From positions 21,390,001-21,454,000 of the forward strand of contig JBHGNT010000004.1 in NCBI GenBank assembly GCA_043228905.1: 64,000 bases of DNA, read 5' to 3'. Position 1 is the first letter of the stretch; the number at the start of each line of letters is the position of its first letter. The translations under genes were made by a program, and so were the position numbers. Shown in pieces: positions 27,707 through 37,110 of this stretch. This stretch comes from Azolla caroliniana. Taxonomy: Eukaryota > Plantae > Polypodiophyta. The notes under the pieces were generated by a model. That model was given only the letters and a program-made list of their open reading frames with translations. It made no database searches and was not told the origin of the DNA.

Positions 27707-30700
27707 ATGACTAGACCAACGCACGACTTGGTTACAGACCGAGCTCGACGTCTCGCAGAACGGCAAAGACGGCGTGAGACTTTCCAGCAAGCAGCGCAGG
27801 AAATTCGCTCGGATCGTTCGTTCTCCAACGAGATCCGGAGAGTCGCGGAGGAATCTCTCCGGTTACGGCAAACTCGCGACCAGGACGACGGAAGCAGTCT
27901 GAGTAGTCTCCGGGAAACCGAACGACTCCTGGAGGCGCTGGCAAGCGGAGAAAACGAGGCAGAAGCCTTTTCAGCCTACGAATCGGATTCCGAAGGGGGA
28001 TACAGCGTGCACACGAACTACCGGAGCAGCAACGATACCCCCGGCGGCCCGGAAGACGACGGGTCGGATACCGTGCCGACTCCAGAACCGGAACCGCTCA
28101 ACCAGGGCAATCCGGAACCGCAAACGGAAGCCGTCAACCCACCAACACCGGAAGTGGAAGAAGCAAAGCCACCAACACCAATGAAAGAGCCGGCAAAGGT
28201 ACCGGAAGAAGAGCCGGAAAACGAACCGGAAGTGGAACCGGAGAAAGAACCGGAAAAATATCAACAAACGCCACTAAACCGCGGCTTAATACTGGACGAC
28301 GACATGCCGTTCCAATACTCAAAGTACCGCGATGATCCGGATGCGGAAGCGCATGTGGAGGACTTCGAGCAGACATGGGAAGCAAATCACACGTCCCAGC
28401 GAATGACACCGGAGGAAGAAGAACACTCGAAGATAGCGGAATTCGGAGTCACGTTGGAGGGACCAGCGACACGATGGCGGCGGTCGCAGGACCCGGCAAC
28501 CATCACAACATTTGCAGAATTAAAAGCAAAATTCTTGCATTTTTTCCACAAGGAGGTCGACCAGACGACAATGGTGGGCTTGTTTTATACGATCCGGCAG
28601 GAGGCAGGGGAAAGCATCCCCCAATTCGTCATCCGTTTCCAACAAATGCATAGCCAGCTTGCCCGTGCACCCCCGGAGGAGGAATTACGGACGATATTTT
28701 TAAACGCACTCCGGGAACCGTTACGCACGGTGTGTACGGTGATCGACTTTCGAGGATGCACCATCGATCAGGTCATTGACCGGGTCAGAGAAATGGAAAA
28801 GACAAGCTCATGGCTTACGCTGGGAACACTGCAACGGGCGTTACCCACCGAGGAAGATCTCCGGTTCCGGCAGGCAATTCAATGCACAATCTGCTTGAAT
28901 GCCGGACACTCGGCAGTAGAGTGCACCATGCGCACTCAGTGTGTGATTTGTCAATCCAAGAGTCATACAACGGACCGGTGCGAGTATAACCTGTTAAACC
29001 GACAAGCACCACCCGTCCGACGAATCGAGCCAAGAAGCAGCCAAGACGAAGAGGAAGATCGTTGGCAAAAAATGAACCGGTACCGACCGGCACAGGATGT
29101 CCGGTACGGAGACAGGCAAGAGAATGATGGCCTGTACGGGAATCAGCGTGATAACTACGACCGGTATGAGCGATCGGACCGTTATCGAGAGCCCAACAGG
29201 CGACACGAGCAATACGACAGAGACCATTCCCCTGGTTACCGAAGGCACCAGGAGGACTACGGCCGATTTTACGATCCACCACGACCGGACTACCGAAATA
29301 AACATAAGAATAATAAGAAACGTAATTTCAAGAAAGGTGGTCACCCTAGGGACCCGGAACATGGAACCCCAAGGAGCCAACCGGCACAGAACGCACCACT
29401 CGCTACGGGACCGACTCCGGCTACCAGCAATGCTGAATCCAGCAATACCCGTAAAGAGTACTGCTACTACTGCAGGCAGGAAGGCCACTACAGTAACCAG
29501 TGCCCGGTAAAGAGCTACGAGAAACGACCAGCAGTTAATATGGTGGTTCCGGAAGTGGCGGATTTACAGCAAGTAACCACACGGTCGAAAGGCATGGCCA
29601 AAGAATGGGAAACACAAGAGGCCATACGAAAACAGGCGACGGAATGGGTGAAGGAAGCCAATGAAAGAAACGTCGCGGACGCGGAACGGCAAAAGGCGAA
29701 GACCATAGGGAGTGCCGGCGGTAGCCACCCAGAAAACGAGACATGGCAAGCACTACAAGAATGTCAGATCACGTTACCACTAGGAAGACTCTTGCAGCTC
29801 GTGCCGCGATTCACAGAAGGACTAAAAACGGTCATGACAGACGGTATAGCTCCACCGGCACCAGTCCTTTTCTCGAATCCGGAGGAGGGACCGATGGTGG
29901 TGGACACTAGTAGTCCGGTGATCACAGCTATTGTCAAAGGGCACGAACTTCCCGGCACAGTAATCGATGGAGGTTCCGGAGTGAACGTAATAAGCCTTCG
30001 CACGTGTGATGCCTTGGGTATACATGAATGGGAGCCATGTCCGTTCTGGCTACGGATGGCGGATACGAGCTCTGTACGGCCGACGGGCTTAATACGGAAA
30101 TTGGAAGTCACCATAGGAGGCCACACATTTCACATCTCGGCTGTAGTGCTGCAGCTACAGGCGCAGGGCGCGTACCCACTGCTGCTGGGCAGACCATGGT
30201 TGAAAACAGCACACATCAAGCAAAATTGGCGAAAAAATATGATTACCTTCCGGCGCGGAAAAGCCAAGGTCCGGGTACCGACACAACCACGGACGAGCAA
30301 CGGTAAGGAATGGACACCGCTGTATGCGGAATGTGTGAACATGCTTGAAGGATTGGCGGACGACGAAGAAGCCCAGTACTTGGAGGAACATCCGAAGATC
30401 GTACCACTCTTCGAGATTGACGTAGCTGAAGCCGTAGCCGCATACTTGCCGCAGCGGGACGACACCGAAGCCGAACCAGACAAAGATGCGATTCGGGAAT
30501 TACGGCAAGCACAGGAAGCGTTGGAACGGGAAATGGCCGTTTCCCAATGGGTAAAAGCATCCCAGCTCGACGAAGTGAACCTAGGAAGCAAAGACGAATC
30601 AAAGCCGGTACACATCGCCAAAGAAATGAAGTCGGAAGATAAAGCGGCGATGATCAAACTTCTCATGGAGTTTCGCGACGTATTCGCCTGGTCATACGAA

Positions 30701-33547
30701 GACATGCGAGGGCTGGACCCTCAATTATATCAGCATCAGATCCACTTAGGCAAGGACGCAAAACCAGTGGCGCAACGAAGATATCGAATGAACCCCAACT
30801 ACGCCGCCAAAGTAAAAGAGGAAATCGACAAACTCCTAAGAGTGGGCTTCATCCGGCCGGTAAAGAAAGCGACGTGGCTGAGCCCCATCGTCGTCGTCCC
30901 CAAGAAGAACGGTAAAATCCGTGTGTGTGTTGATTACAGGAAACTAAATGCCGCCACAATTACGGATGCATTCCCTCTTCCGTTCACGGACGGAGTACTG
31001 GATGCCGTCGCCGGTCATGAAGTTTATAGCTTTTTAGACGGGTTCAGCGGGTACAATCAAATCCGGATGCACCCGGACGACCAGGAAAAGACAGCGTTCG
31101 TCACCGAATGGGGGGTGTTTGTGGCCGAAGTCATGATGTTCGGCCTAAAAACGGCACCAGCAACGTTCCAGCGAATCATCATGGAGATCTTCGGCGAATA
31201 CATTCCTGCCTTCATGCAAGTTTTCCTGGATGATTTTGCAGTTTATAGCCGGGGAAAAGACCATTTGCAGCACCTACGGTTATGCCTTGAAAAGTGTAGG
31301 TTATACCGGCTAAGCTTAAACCCAGCAAAATGCATCTTTGGGGTTTCAAGTGGAATATTGCTGGGACACATCGTAAGTAAGGAGGGCATTGCGGTCGACC
31401 CGGACAAAGTAAACGCCATACTAGGGGCACCGGCGCTGAAAACGGCCAAAGCACTAAGCCGATTCTTAGGACAAATCCGGTGGCACAGCCGGATGCTCCA
31501 TCACTTGGCGGACTTGGCGACACCATTACACACCGCGGTACATCGGACACCGTTCCAATGGACGGATACGGAGGATAAGGCATACAATGCCCTGAAGGTA
31601 CTTTTATCGCAAGCACCCGTCGTGCAGCCTCCGGATTGGAGCAAGGAATTTCACGTGTTCGTGGACGCGTCCGACATCGCTATTGGCAGCGCCTTAATGC
31701 AACTTACGGAGCCTAAATGGTACCGGCCGGTATATTACGCCAGCCGGAAACTATCCCAAGCGGAGAAGAACTATTCAACGACGGAACGGGAGGCCCTGGG
31801 CATGATCTACAGTGTAACAAAGTTTCGTCACTACCTATTGGGAAGGAAGTTCTCCTTCCATGTGGATCACTCGGCGCTCCTCTACTTAGTTTCCAAGGCG
31901 TCCCTGACCGGTAAGTTGGCCCGTTGGACCTTGCTGTTGCAGGAGTTCGAATTCGAGATTTTCCACCGGCCCGGTATCCAGCATGCCGTAGCAGACTATC
32001 TAAGCCGGTTAGAGTCCGGAGAACCAGGCGACGGAGTAGCGGATGAATTCCCGGACGCGGAGTTATTCCGTATCACCCCGGAAACGGCAGCGGACGACAC
32101 GGTGGCATCAGAAGATAAATGGCTGACAAACATGCACCAGTTCCTAAGCACGGGCCTGCCACCGGAAGAAATGAACCGGGACGAGAGGAAACGACTAGCG
32201 GTGCAGAGCCGCAATTTCTGTCTGTTACGGGACACTCTCTACCACAAAGGAGCAGATGGAATATGGCGACGGGCAGTCCGTAGTGACGAGAAAGAAGTAA
32301 TCTTACGGGAAGCACACTGTGGGGTTGCCGGAGGACACTATGCCGGGGAAGCGACGGCGAGGAAAGTATGGCAGAGCGGCTTATGGTGGCCCACGACGTT
32401 AAAAGACGCCGTCAAGTATGCTAAGGAATGTGACCTATGCCAACGAATGGGCCAGCCTACGGAGCAAGCACGGATGCCACACCAACCGGTACTTCCACTA
32501 GAGCCATTCCAGAAGTGGGGGTTGGATTTTGTCGGACCGTTCAAGCCACCGGCAATGAGAACGGGTAATCGTTATGTCATCGTGGCAACGGATTATTGCA
32601 CTAAATGGGTGGAAGCAAAGGCCCTGAGAGACAACACCGCGTCATCCACAGCAAAATTCCTGTACGAAAACATTTGGTGCCGATATGGATGTCCGATTGA
32701 ATTAATCAGCGACCAAGGAGGCCACTTCCTCGGCCAGGTAGTGGAAAGCTTAACAACGTTCTATGCCGTGGTCCATAAAAGAAGCACACCGTACTACCCA
32801 CAGGCGAACGGGTTAGCAGAGTCCACCAACAAAACGCTGCAGAACATTCTCCGCAAAATTGTCAATGAAAACCGGACGGACTGGGACACAAAGCTCCATA
32901 GTGCGCTATGGGCGTACCGAACGGCATACAAAACAAGTATCCGGACAACGCCGTTCCGGCTAGCATTCGGCTTAGAAGCGGTCATGCCGGTCGAGTTTCA
33001 GGTACCAAGCTTACGGATCCAACTACGGGAACGGCTGAATGAAAAGAAGTCGGAGGAAATGCGGCTAGCAGCACTATGCGAACTGGAGGAGCAACGGCTG
33101 GCCAGCATCCTACACATGGAACTGGAGCAACGACGACGGAAAGCGTTCGTTGACCGTCACCGGAAAGGTAATGAGAAAATGTTCGAAATCGGAAAGCCGG
33201 TGCTAGTATTCCAAACGAGGATGGGCAAGATGCCGGGTAAACTCCGGTTCAGATGGACAGGCCCGTATTGGCTGACACGGGAATACAACGGGTCCTATCA
33301 GATAGGGACACTTGCCGGGGAAGTAGTAGGCAAGTGGGTGAATGGATTTCGACTAAAGCCCTATAAAGGACCGATGCCAAAGAACCCGTTTATGCAGCTC
33401 ACCGGTAGTATACCAGGAACCTGTCCGGGATCGGTACGGATCGATCCGGAAGAAAAAGACGACGGGGAACCCGTAGTAGAGACGAAGGAAGACACGGCAA
33501 CCCGTAAGGAAAACGGTCAGGGTCCGAAGGGACCTACGGATGTGTAA
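27707..33547 (+). CDS. gag-pol: Gag-Pol polyprotein of B, 1946 aa (Gag, 3 CCHC knuckles, PR, RT, RNase H, IN)
   Basis: Uninterrupted ORF; VIDGGSG, LDGFSGYNQI, FLDD, VDASD, NYSTTERE, HHCC, WGLDFVGP, PQANGLAE, WTGPY; no chromodomain. Confidence 0.97.
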   Translation: MTRPTHDLVTDRARRLAERQRRRETFQQAAQEIRSDRSFSNEIRRVAEESLRLRQTRDQDDGSSLSSLRETERLLEALASGENEAEAFSAYESDSEGGYSVHTNYRSSNDTPGGPEDDGSDTVPTPEPEPLNQGNPEPQTEAVNPPTPEVEEAKPPTPMKEPAKVPEEEPENEPEVEPEKEPEKYQQTPLNRGLILDDDMPFQYSKYRDDPDAEAHVEDFEQTWEANHTSQRMTPEEEEHSKIAEFGVTLEGPATRWRRSQDPATITTFAELKAKFLHFFHKEVDQTTMVGLFYTIRQEAGESIPQFVIRFQQMHSQLARAPPEEELRTIFLNALREPLRTVCTVIDFRGCTIDQVIDRVREMEKTSSWLTLGTLQRALPTEEDLRFRQAIQCTICLNAGHSAVECTMRTQCVICQSKSHTTDRCEYNLLNRQAPPVRRIEPRSSQDEEEDRWQKMNRYRPAQDVRYGDRQENDGLYGNQRDNYDRYERSDRYREPNRRHEQYDRDHSPGYRRHQEDYGRFYDPPRPDYRNKHKNNKKRNFKKGGHPRDPEHGTPRSQPAQNAPLATGPTPATSNAESSNTRKEYCYYCRQEGHYSNQCPVKSYEKRPAVNMVVPEVADLQQVTTRSKGMAKEWETQEAIRKQATEWVKEANERNVADAERQKAKTIGSAGGSHPENETWQALQECQITLPLGRLLQLVPRFTEGLKTVMTDGIAPPAPVLFSNPEEGPMVVDTSSPVITAIVKGHELPGTVIDGGSGVNVISLRTCDALGIHEWEPCPFWLRMADTSSVRPTGLIRKLEVTIGGHTFHISAVVLQLQAQGAYPLLLGRPWLKTAHIKQNWRKNMITFRRGKAKVRVPTQPRTSNGKEWTPLYAECVNMLEGLADDEEAQYLEEHPKIVPLFEIDVAEAVAAYLPQRDDTEAEPDKDAIRELRQAQEALEREMAVSQWVKASQLDEVNLGSKDESKPVHIAKEMKSEDKAAMIKLLMEFRDVFAWSYEDMRGLDPQLYQHQIHLGKDAKPVAQRRYRMNPNYAAKVKEEIDKLLRVGFIRPVKKATWLSPIVVVPKKNGKIRVCVDYRKLNAATITDAFPLPFTDGVLDAVAGHEVYSFLDGFSGYNQIRMHPDDQEKTAFVTEWGVFVAEVMMFGLKTAPATFQRIIMEIFGEYIPAFMQVFLDDFAVYSRGKDHLQHLRLCLEKCRLYRLSLNPAKCIFGVSSGILLGHIVSKEGIAVDPDKVNAILGAPALKTAKALSRFLGQIRWHSRMLHHLADLATPLHTAVHRTPFQWTDTEDKAYNALKVLLSQAPVVQPPDWSKEFHVFVDASDIAIGSALMQLTEPKWYRPVYYASRKLSQAEKNYSTTEREALGMIYSVTKFRHYLLGRKFSFHVDHSALLYLVSKASLTGKLARWTLLLQEFEFEIFHRPGIQHAVADYLSRLESGEPGDGVADEFPDAELFRITPETAADDTVASEDKWLTNMHQFLSTGLPPEEMNRDERKRLAVQSRNFCLLRDTLYHKGADGIWRRAVRSDEKEVILREAHCGVAGGHYAGEATARKVWQSGLWWPTTLKDAVKYAKECDLCQRMGQPTEQARMPHQPVLPLEPFQKWGLDFVGPFKPPAMRTGNRYVIVATDYCTKWVEAKALRDNTASSTAKFLYENIWCRYGCPIELISDQGGHFLGQVVESLTTFYAVVHKRSTPYYPQANGLAESTNKTLQNILRKIVNENRTDWDTKLHSALWAYRTAYKTSIRTTPFRLAFGLEAVMPVEFQVPSLRIQLRERLNEKKSEEMRLAALCELEEQRLASILHMELEQRRRKAFVDRHRKGNEKMFEIGKPVLVFQTRMGKMPGKLRFRWTGPYWLTREYNGSYQIGTLAGEVVGKWVNGFRLKPYKGPMPKNPFMQLTGSIPGTCPGSVRIDPEEKDDGEPVVETKEDTATRKENGQGPKGPTDV

Positions 33548-33564
33548 GGTCACACACCGTCATT

Positions 33565-33572
<8 letters not shown>

Positions 33573-33611
<39 letters not shown>
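33573..33611 (+). repeat. A39 homopolymer between pol and ORF2 of B
   Basis: Directly visible. Confidence 0.95.
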
Positions 33612-33615
<4 letters not shown>

Positions 33616-33938
33616 TAAAAATCGAGGTATGAACGGGTGTGAAAGCGAGGCGCGAAAAGGTACGTAGTGGGCATTTAAGAGACGCCACGCTACTTAATAC
33701 TAAATTGGTACACGACGTGTGCATGCTCGAAAAAGGCGCCAAAACGCACAAAGAAAAAGCAGAACGCATGGAGACCTTTTCATTTCGCGAGCCAAGAAGC
33801 ACAGAAGCACCAAGACAGTGGAAGCTGAGCAAACGCGAACCTGCACGCAGAGAACCCCCGCGCTCAGAACGCTCTCTCTCTCGCTCTCACTCTCATCACC
33901 ACTCTACCTCGCCATCTTCCCTCGACCTTGAAGCAGAC

Positions 33939-36638
33939 ATGGAACCACAAACGCTGTCGGAAGCGGCCAGGAAATGGTTCAGGCAAAACGGACTGGAGGG
34001 GTTCTTGGCCATCATGGAGGCACCGCCGCACAGAGAAGCCGACCGGGTCATCAAGGAGCTCGCCACAGAGGTCATCACCGAGGAAGCGATCCGCGCGCTA
34101 ACAGGCCTTCCGGAGGGAGGAATCTTTCAGATCGATAACCCAACCTCGGAGCAACTCACCCGATATTTCGGTGAGTACTCTGTTGCCGGCAAAGGCTATC
34201 GGACGCAGGGCGGCGAAGATCCGCTATTCAGGGAGATAGCTCGAGTGCTCCATGAGTACGGTCACGTGTACCCCCGACCCCCTGTCATGCCAAAAAATCG
34301 GGCAGGGATGATCATAGCCACCTATGAAGGGGTCAAGGTGGACTGGCCGGTGTTGATTGCAGACGGGTTGTGCATGGCAATCGACATGGTACGAGGGAAG
34401 GACGGCAAGGAGGGCCGGAAGCTGTGGCACGCCGTAGCTCAATGGATAACACTGCTCGTGCCGCCGGTCGAGACCGTCCAGCCAAAGAAGCGGCCAAGAA
34501 TATCGGAAGGAAGCACCTCGAAGCCGGCGTCCAAACGACAGCAGCTGCTGGCGTCGAAGGCGACGAAAGGGAAGAAACGGGCCCCAGAACCGGAGGAGGT
34601 GTCACCGGTCCGACCCGTCAAGATAACCTTACGGAGACCGGGACAGAAGGAACCGGAACCCTTGACGGCACAAAAACATGCCGTGACACAGGAAGAGGAA
34701 ACGGAGGAGCCAGAAGAGCACCTCCAACGACGGTCAAGAAGTAGGACCGCCGAGACAGGAGGGGAGCGGTCGTACCCGCGAGAGGCAGAAACGCCCCCAA
34801 CTCAACCTGAGCAAACCACAAGGGAAGAACCGGAACCGGTGCGTAGGGAACCGGTCTTGTCGACTTCTATAGAAGAAGTCAGTCCAACGGCTCCGGAGAC
34901 GGCGAGAACCAGAACTCAACAGCCGGCGAGCCCAGCCAGAGCACACGGCGGCCAAGGAGTAGAACCAGAACGGCACATGCAGGCACTCAGGCCAGACAAT
35001 TCCACAGGGAATGAGCCGACCCGACCAGTACAGCAACAAGGCACCAGTAGCATGTGGCTACGGTGGGTAGGCGAGCAAATCGCCGAAGTGGTCGAGTATA
35101 TAGAGGCGGAAGAGAGAGCGCACCAGGAACGGTTGCTCGTCACAACCGTAGATCTAGAGACGGCCCGGTCCAAAATCCGGAGCCTTGAACAAGACTTGGA
35201 CAGGGTCACAAGGAAAATGGCGCAAGTGGCTTTGACAACACAAGTCCAAGCACCGGTGACTCCGGGCAATGTACAGAATAAAGCGACAGATCAACCTGTA
35301 CATAGCAATCAGACCCCGGCAACGGAAACCGTTCCGGAGAGAAATGCGGCACAAGCCCAAGAGCTTGCGGATTTAAAGGATGAGCTTGCTGCCCAAGAAG
35401 CGCTGAGGAGCCGCGAAAGAGAATTGAAGACGGCAGCGGAGGCAGAACTCAAAAAGACTGCTGAGAATCTACGCCGGGCCGAGGAGAGCTTACGGAAAGG
35501 CCACCAAGCGTACGACCGGCTCAAGGAGGAAAAGGAGAAAATGCTGCAAGAGAAGGACAAGCTCCGGAGGAACGCCGAAACAGAAGTAGAGCGCCTGAAA
35601 GAGGAACTCCGGCAGGAAAAGGACCGGGAGGACCGGAACCATCGCCAGATTAACGGCAAGCTCAAACAAAAAACGGAGGAATTTGAGCAATTGCACCGGG
35701 AGTATAAACGGTTGCAAACGGAGCACAAGGAACGGACGGATGAGCTCCGACAAGCAGTTGATCGGACCGCAACCGCATTCGCCAAGGAACAAGCGGAAAA
35801 CAGAAGACGGTTGGAAGAGGCGGAGAAGGTTCGGACAGAGCTCCTCAGGCAACAGCAGGCGGAAAAAGAAAGAGCGGCAGAGGTACTGCAGAGGCTGCAA
35901 ACGACATATCAAGGGCAGCTGACGCGCTACAGAGAGCAGGCGGAGGATACGGCAAACCTCATCAAGCAGTTGAAGGAGGAGCGACAAGTGGTGGAAAGCA
36001 GAGCTCAAATGGGAGCAAGTCGCATCCAAGATATAATGCGGGCCTGGTTGAACCAGACCAAGAGCTTGATTGACAACGGGTCCGTCAAATGGTGGACCAA
36101 GTGGGCCACGAACGCGGCGGAACTCCAATTGCTCCGGGCTGACGTAGAGAACCGGCGGAAGGAGGGAGATGATTGCTATATGCTGACTTCCGAAGACTTC
36201 ACCGGCATAAGAGATGAGCTTGCCGAAGACTTTCAAGCCTTGGCAGAAGACCAATTAGAGCAAGTCCGGCAACTTGTAGCTCAGCTGGACGACGACAGGC
36301 TGGAGGCGCAGATCCAGTTTGAAAGCTACGAAAGGTCCCGGATCCGGGGAGAGAAAGAACGAGAACCAGTTACGGTCAACCTCAGTGATGAGGAACCGTT
36401 ACTGGAAGGAGACCGGACCGGAAGCAGTCAAACGGAGATGCCGGAGCCAGAGAGACAAACGGAGCAGCCGGAGTCAGCGAAACAAACGGAGCAGCAGCAG
36501 CAAGCAGAGCAGCCGGAGCAGCCTCAGTCCCAACCGCAACCACAGCAGCAGCAGCAAGCACAGCCGCAACAACCACAACCGGAAGAACAAGTGGAAATTC
36601 TTGAACAAACTATTTTGGACAATTTGGGTGAACAATGA
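33939..36638 (+). CDS. Extra ORF2 of B, ~899 aa: globular N-domain, NLS-like basic motif, low-complexity linker, long coiled coil, conserved helical C-domain; function unknown
   Basis: Frame open from 33639; homology with ORF2 of C starts at MEPQTLS (33939); no transmembrane segment visible. Confidence 0.85.
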   Translation: MEPQTLSEAARKWFRQNGLEGFLAIMEAPPHREADRVIKELATEVITEEAIRALTGLPEGGIFQIDNPTSEQLTRYFGEYSVAGKGYRTQGGEDPLFREIARVLHEYGHVYPRPPVMPKNRAGMIIATYEGVKVDWPVLIADGLCMAIDMVRGKDGKEGRKLWHAVAQWITLLVPPVETVQPKKRPRISEGSTSKPASKRQQLLASKATKGKKRAPEPEEVSPVRPVKITLRRPGQKEPEPLTAQKHAVTQEEETEEPEEHLQRRSRSRTAETGGERSYPREAETPPTQPEQTTREEPEPVRREPVLSTSIEEVSPTAPETARTRTQQPASPARAHGGQGVEPERHMQALRPDNSTGNEPTRPVQQQGTSSMWLRWVGEQIAEVVEYIEAEERAHQERLLVTTVDLETARSKIRSLEQDLDRVTRKMAQVALTTQVQAPVTPGNVQNKATDQPVHSNQTPATETVPERNAAQAQELADLKDELAAQEALRSRERELKTAAEAELKKTAENLRRAEESLRKGHQAYDRLKEEKEKMLQEKDKLRRNAETEVERLKEELRQEKDREDRNHRQINGKLKQKTEEFEQLHREYKRLQTEHKERTDELRQAVDRTATAFAKEQAENRRRLEEAEKVRTELLRQQQAEKERAAEVLQRLQTTYQGQLTRYREQAEDTANLIKQLKEERQVVESRAQMGASRIQDIMRAWLNQTKSLIDNGSVKWWTKWATNAAELQLLRADVENRRKEGDDCYMLTSEDFTGIRDELAEDFQALAEDQLEQVRQLVAQLDDDRLEAQIQFESYERSRIRGEKEREPVTVNLSDEEPLLEGDRTGSSQTEMPEPERQTEQPESAKQTEQQQQAEQPEQPQSQPQPQQQQQAQPQQPQPEEQVEILEQTILDNLGEQ

Positions 36639-36650
36639 AGGGGCCAAGAA

Positions 36651-36690
36651 GGGTTCGACGTACAAGGTACTGTCCCACGGGCGTGCCATG
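36651..36690 (+). promoter_or_regulatory. tRNA-3'-end-like cis element at the PPT position of B
   Basis: GGGTTCGA-cgtacaaggtact-GTCCCACGGGCGTGCCA-tg then LTR; conserved in C. Confidence 0.75.
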
Positions 36691-37110
36691 TGTTACCGGC
36701 CGGCAAGGAGTCCAAAATACGGAGTGAAGGAATTAATTAGATATGGTTGTAAATGAGCAAAGTGTGGACGGACGGACTGGAAACGGTATGCCGTTCCAGA
36801 TCCGGACGGATCCCGAATAGGTGCGAGAGGCACCGTTTTGTACTACGGGCCGGAAACCTATTTAAAGGCCCGGACCCTATTGTAATGACAGCGGATAATT
36901 AGTAGAGCTTATGTTGTTTATACTTCTGTCTTGATTTCCGTTCTGTAATCACTGTTATATCTTACGCGTGTAATTAACCAAAGCAATCTAATAGTGTAAC
37001 CTACGTAAGTCGGTGTAATCGTTGAATCTTAATCCTATGCCGTAATCACCCTTTGGTGAAGTGTCTCCGTGACACCTTGTGTTAGGCCTTGTCCGGCTAA
37101 GAGAATAACA
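36691..37110 (+). repeat. 3' LTR of B
   Basis: Copy of 27236-27655. Confidence 0.97.

Larger units (their letters stand above)
27236..37110 (+). mobile_element. Element B: intact 9875-bp non-chromovirus (Athila/Tat-related) Ty3/gypsy with extra 3' ORF
   Basis: 420-bp LTRs TGTTA..TAACA, TSD CAAAT (27231-27235, 37111-37115); removal restores host frame IIKTNCLPIL. Confidence 0.97.

Noticed and set aside
33639-36638. Calling ORF2 an envelope gene, or starting it at GTG 33639
   Set aside because: No signal peptide or TM segment; homology with C begins at Met 33939.
36651-36688. tRNA gene
   Set aside because: No D-arm, anticodon arm or 5' acceptor strand; only a 3'-end copy with encoded CCA.
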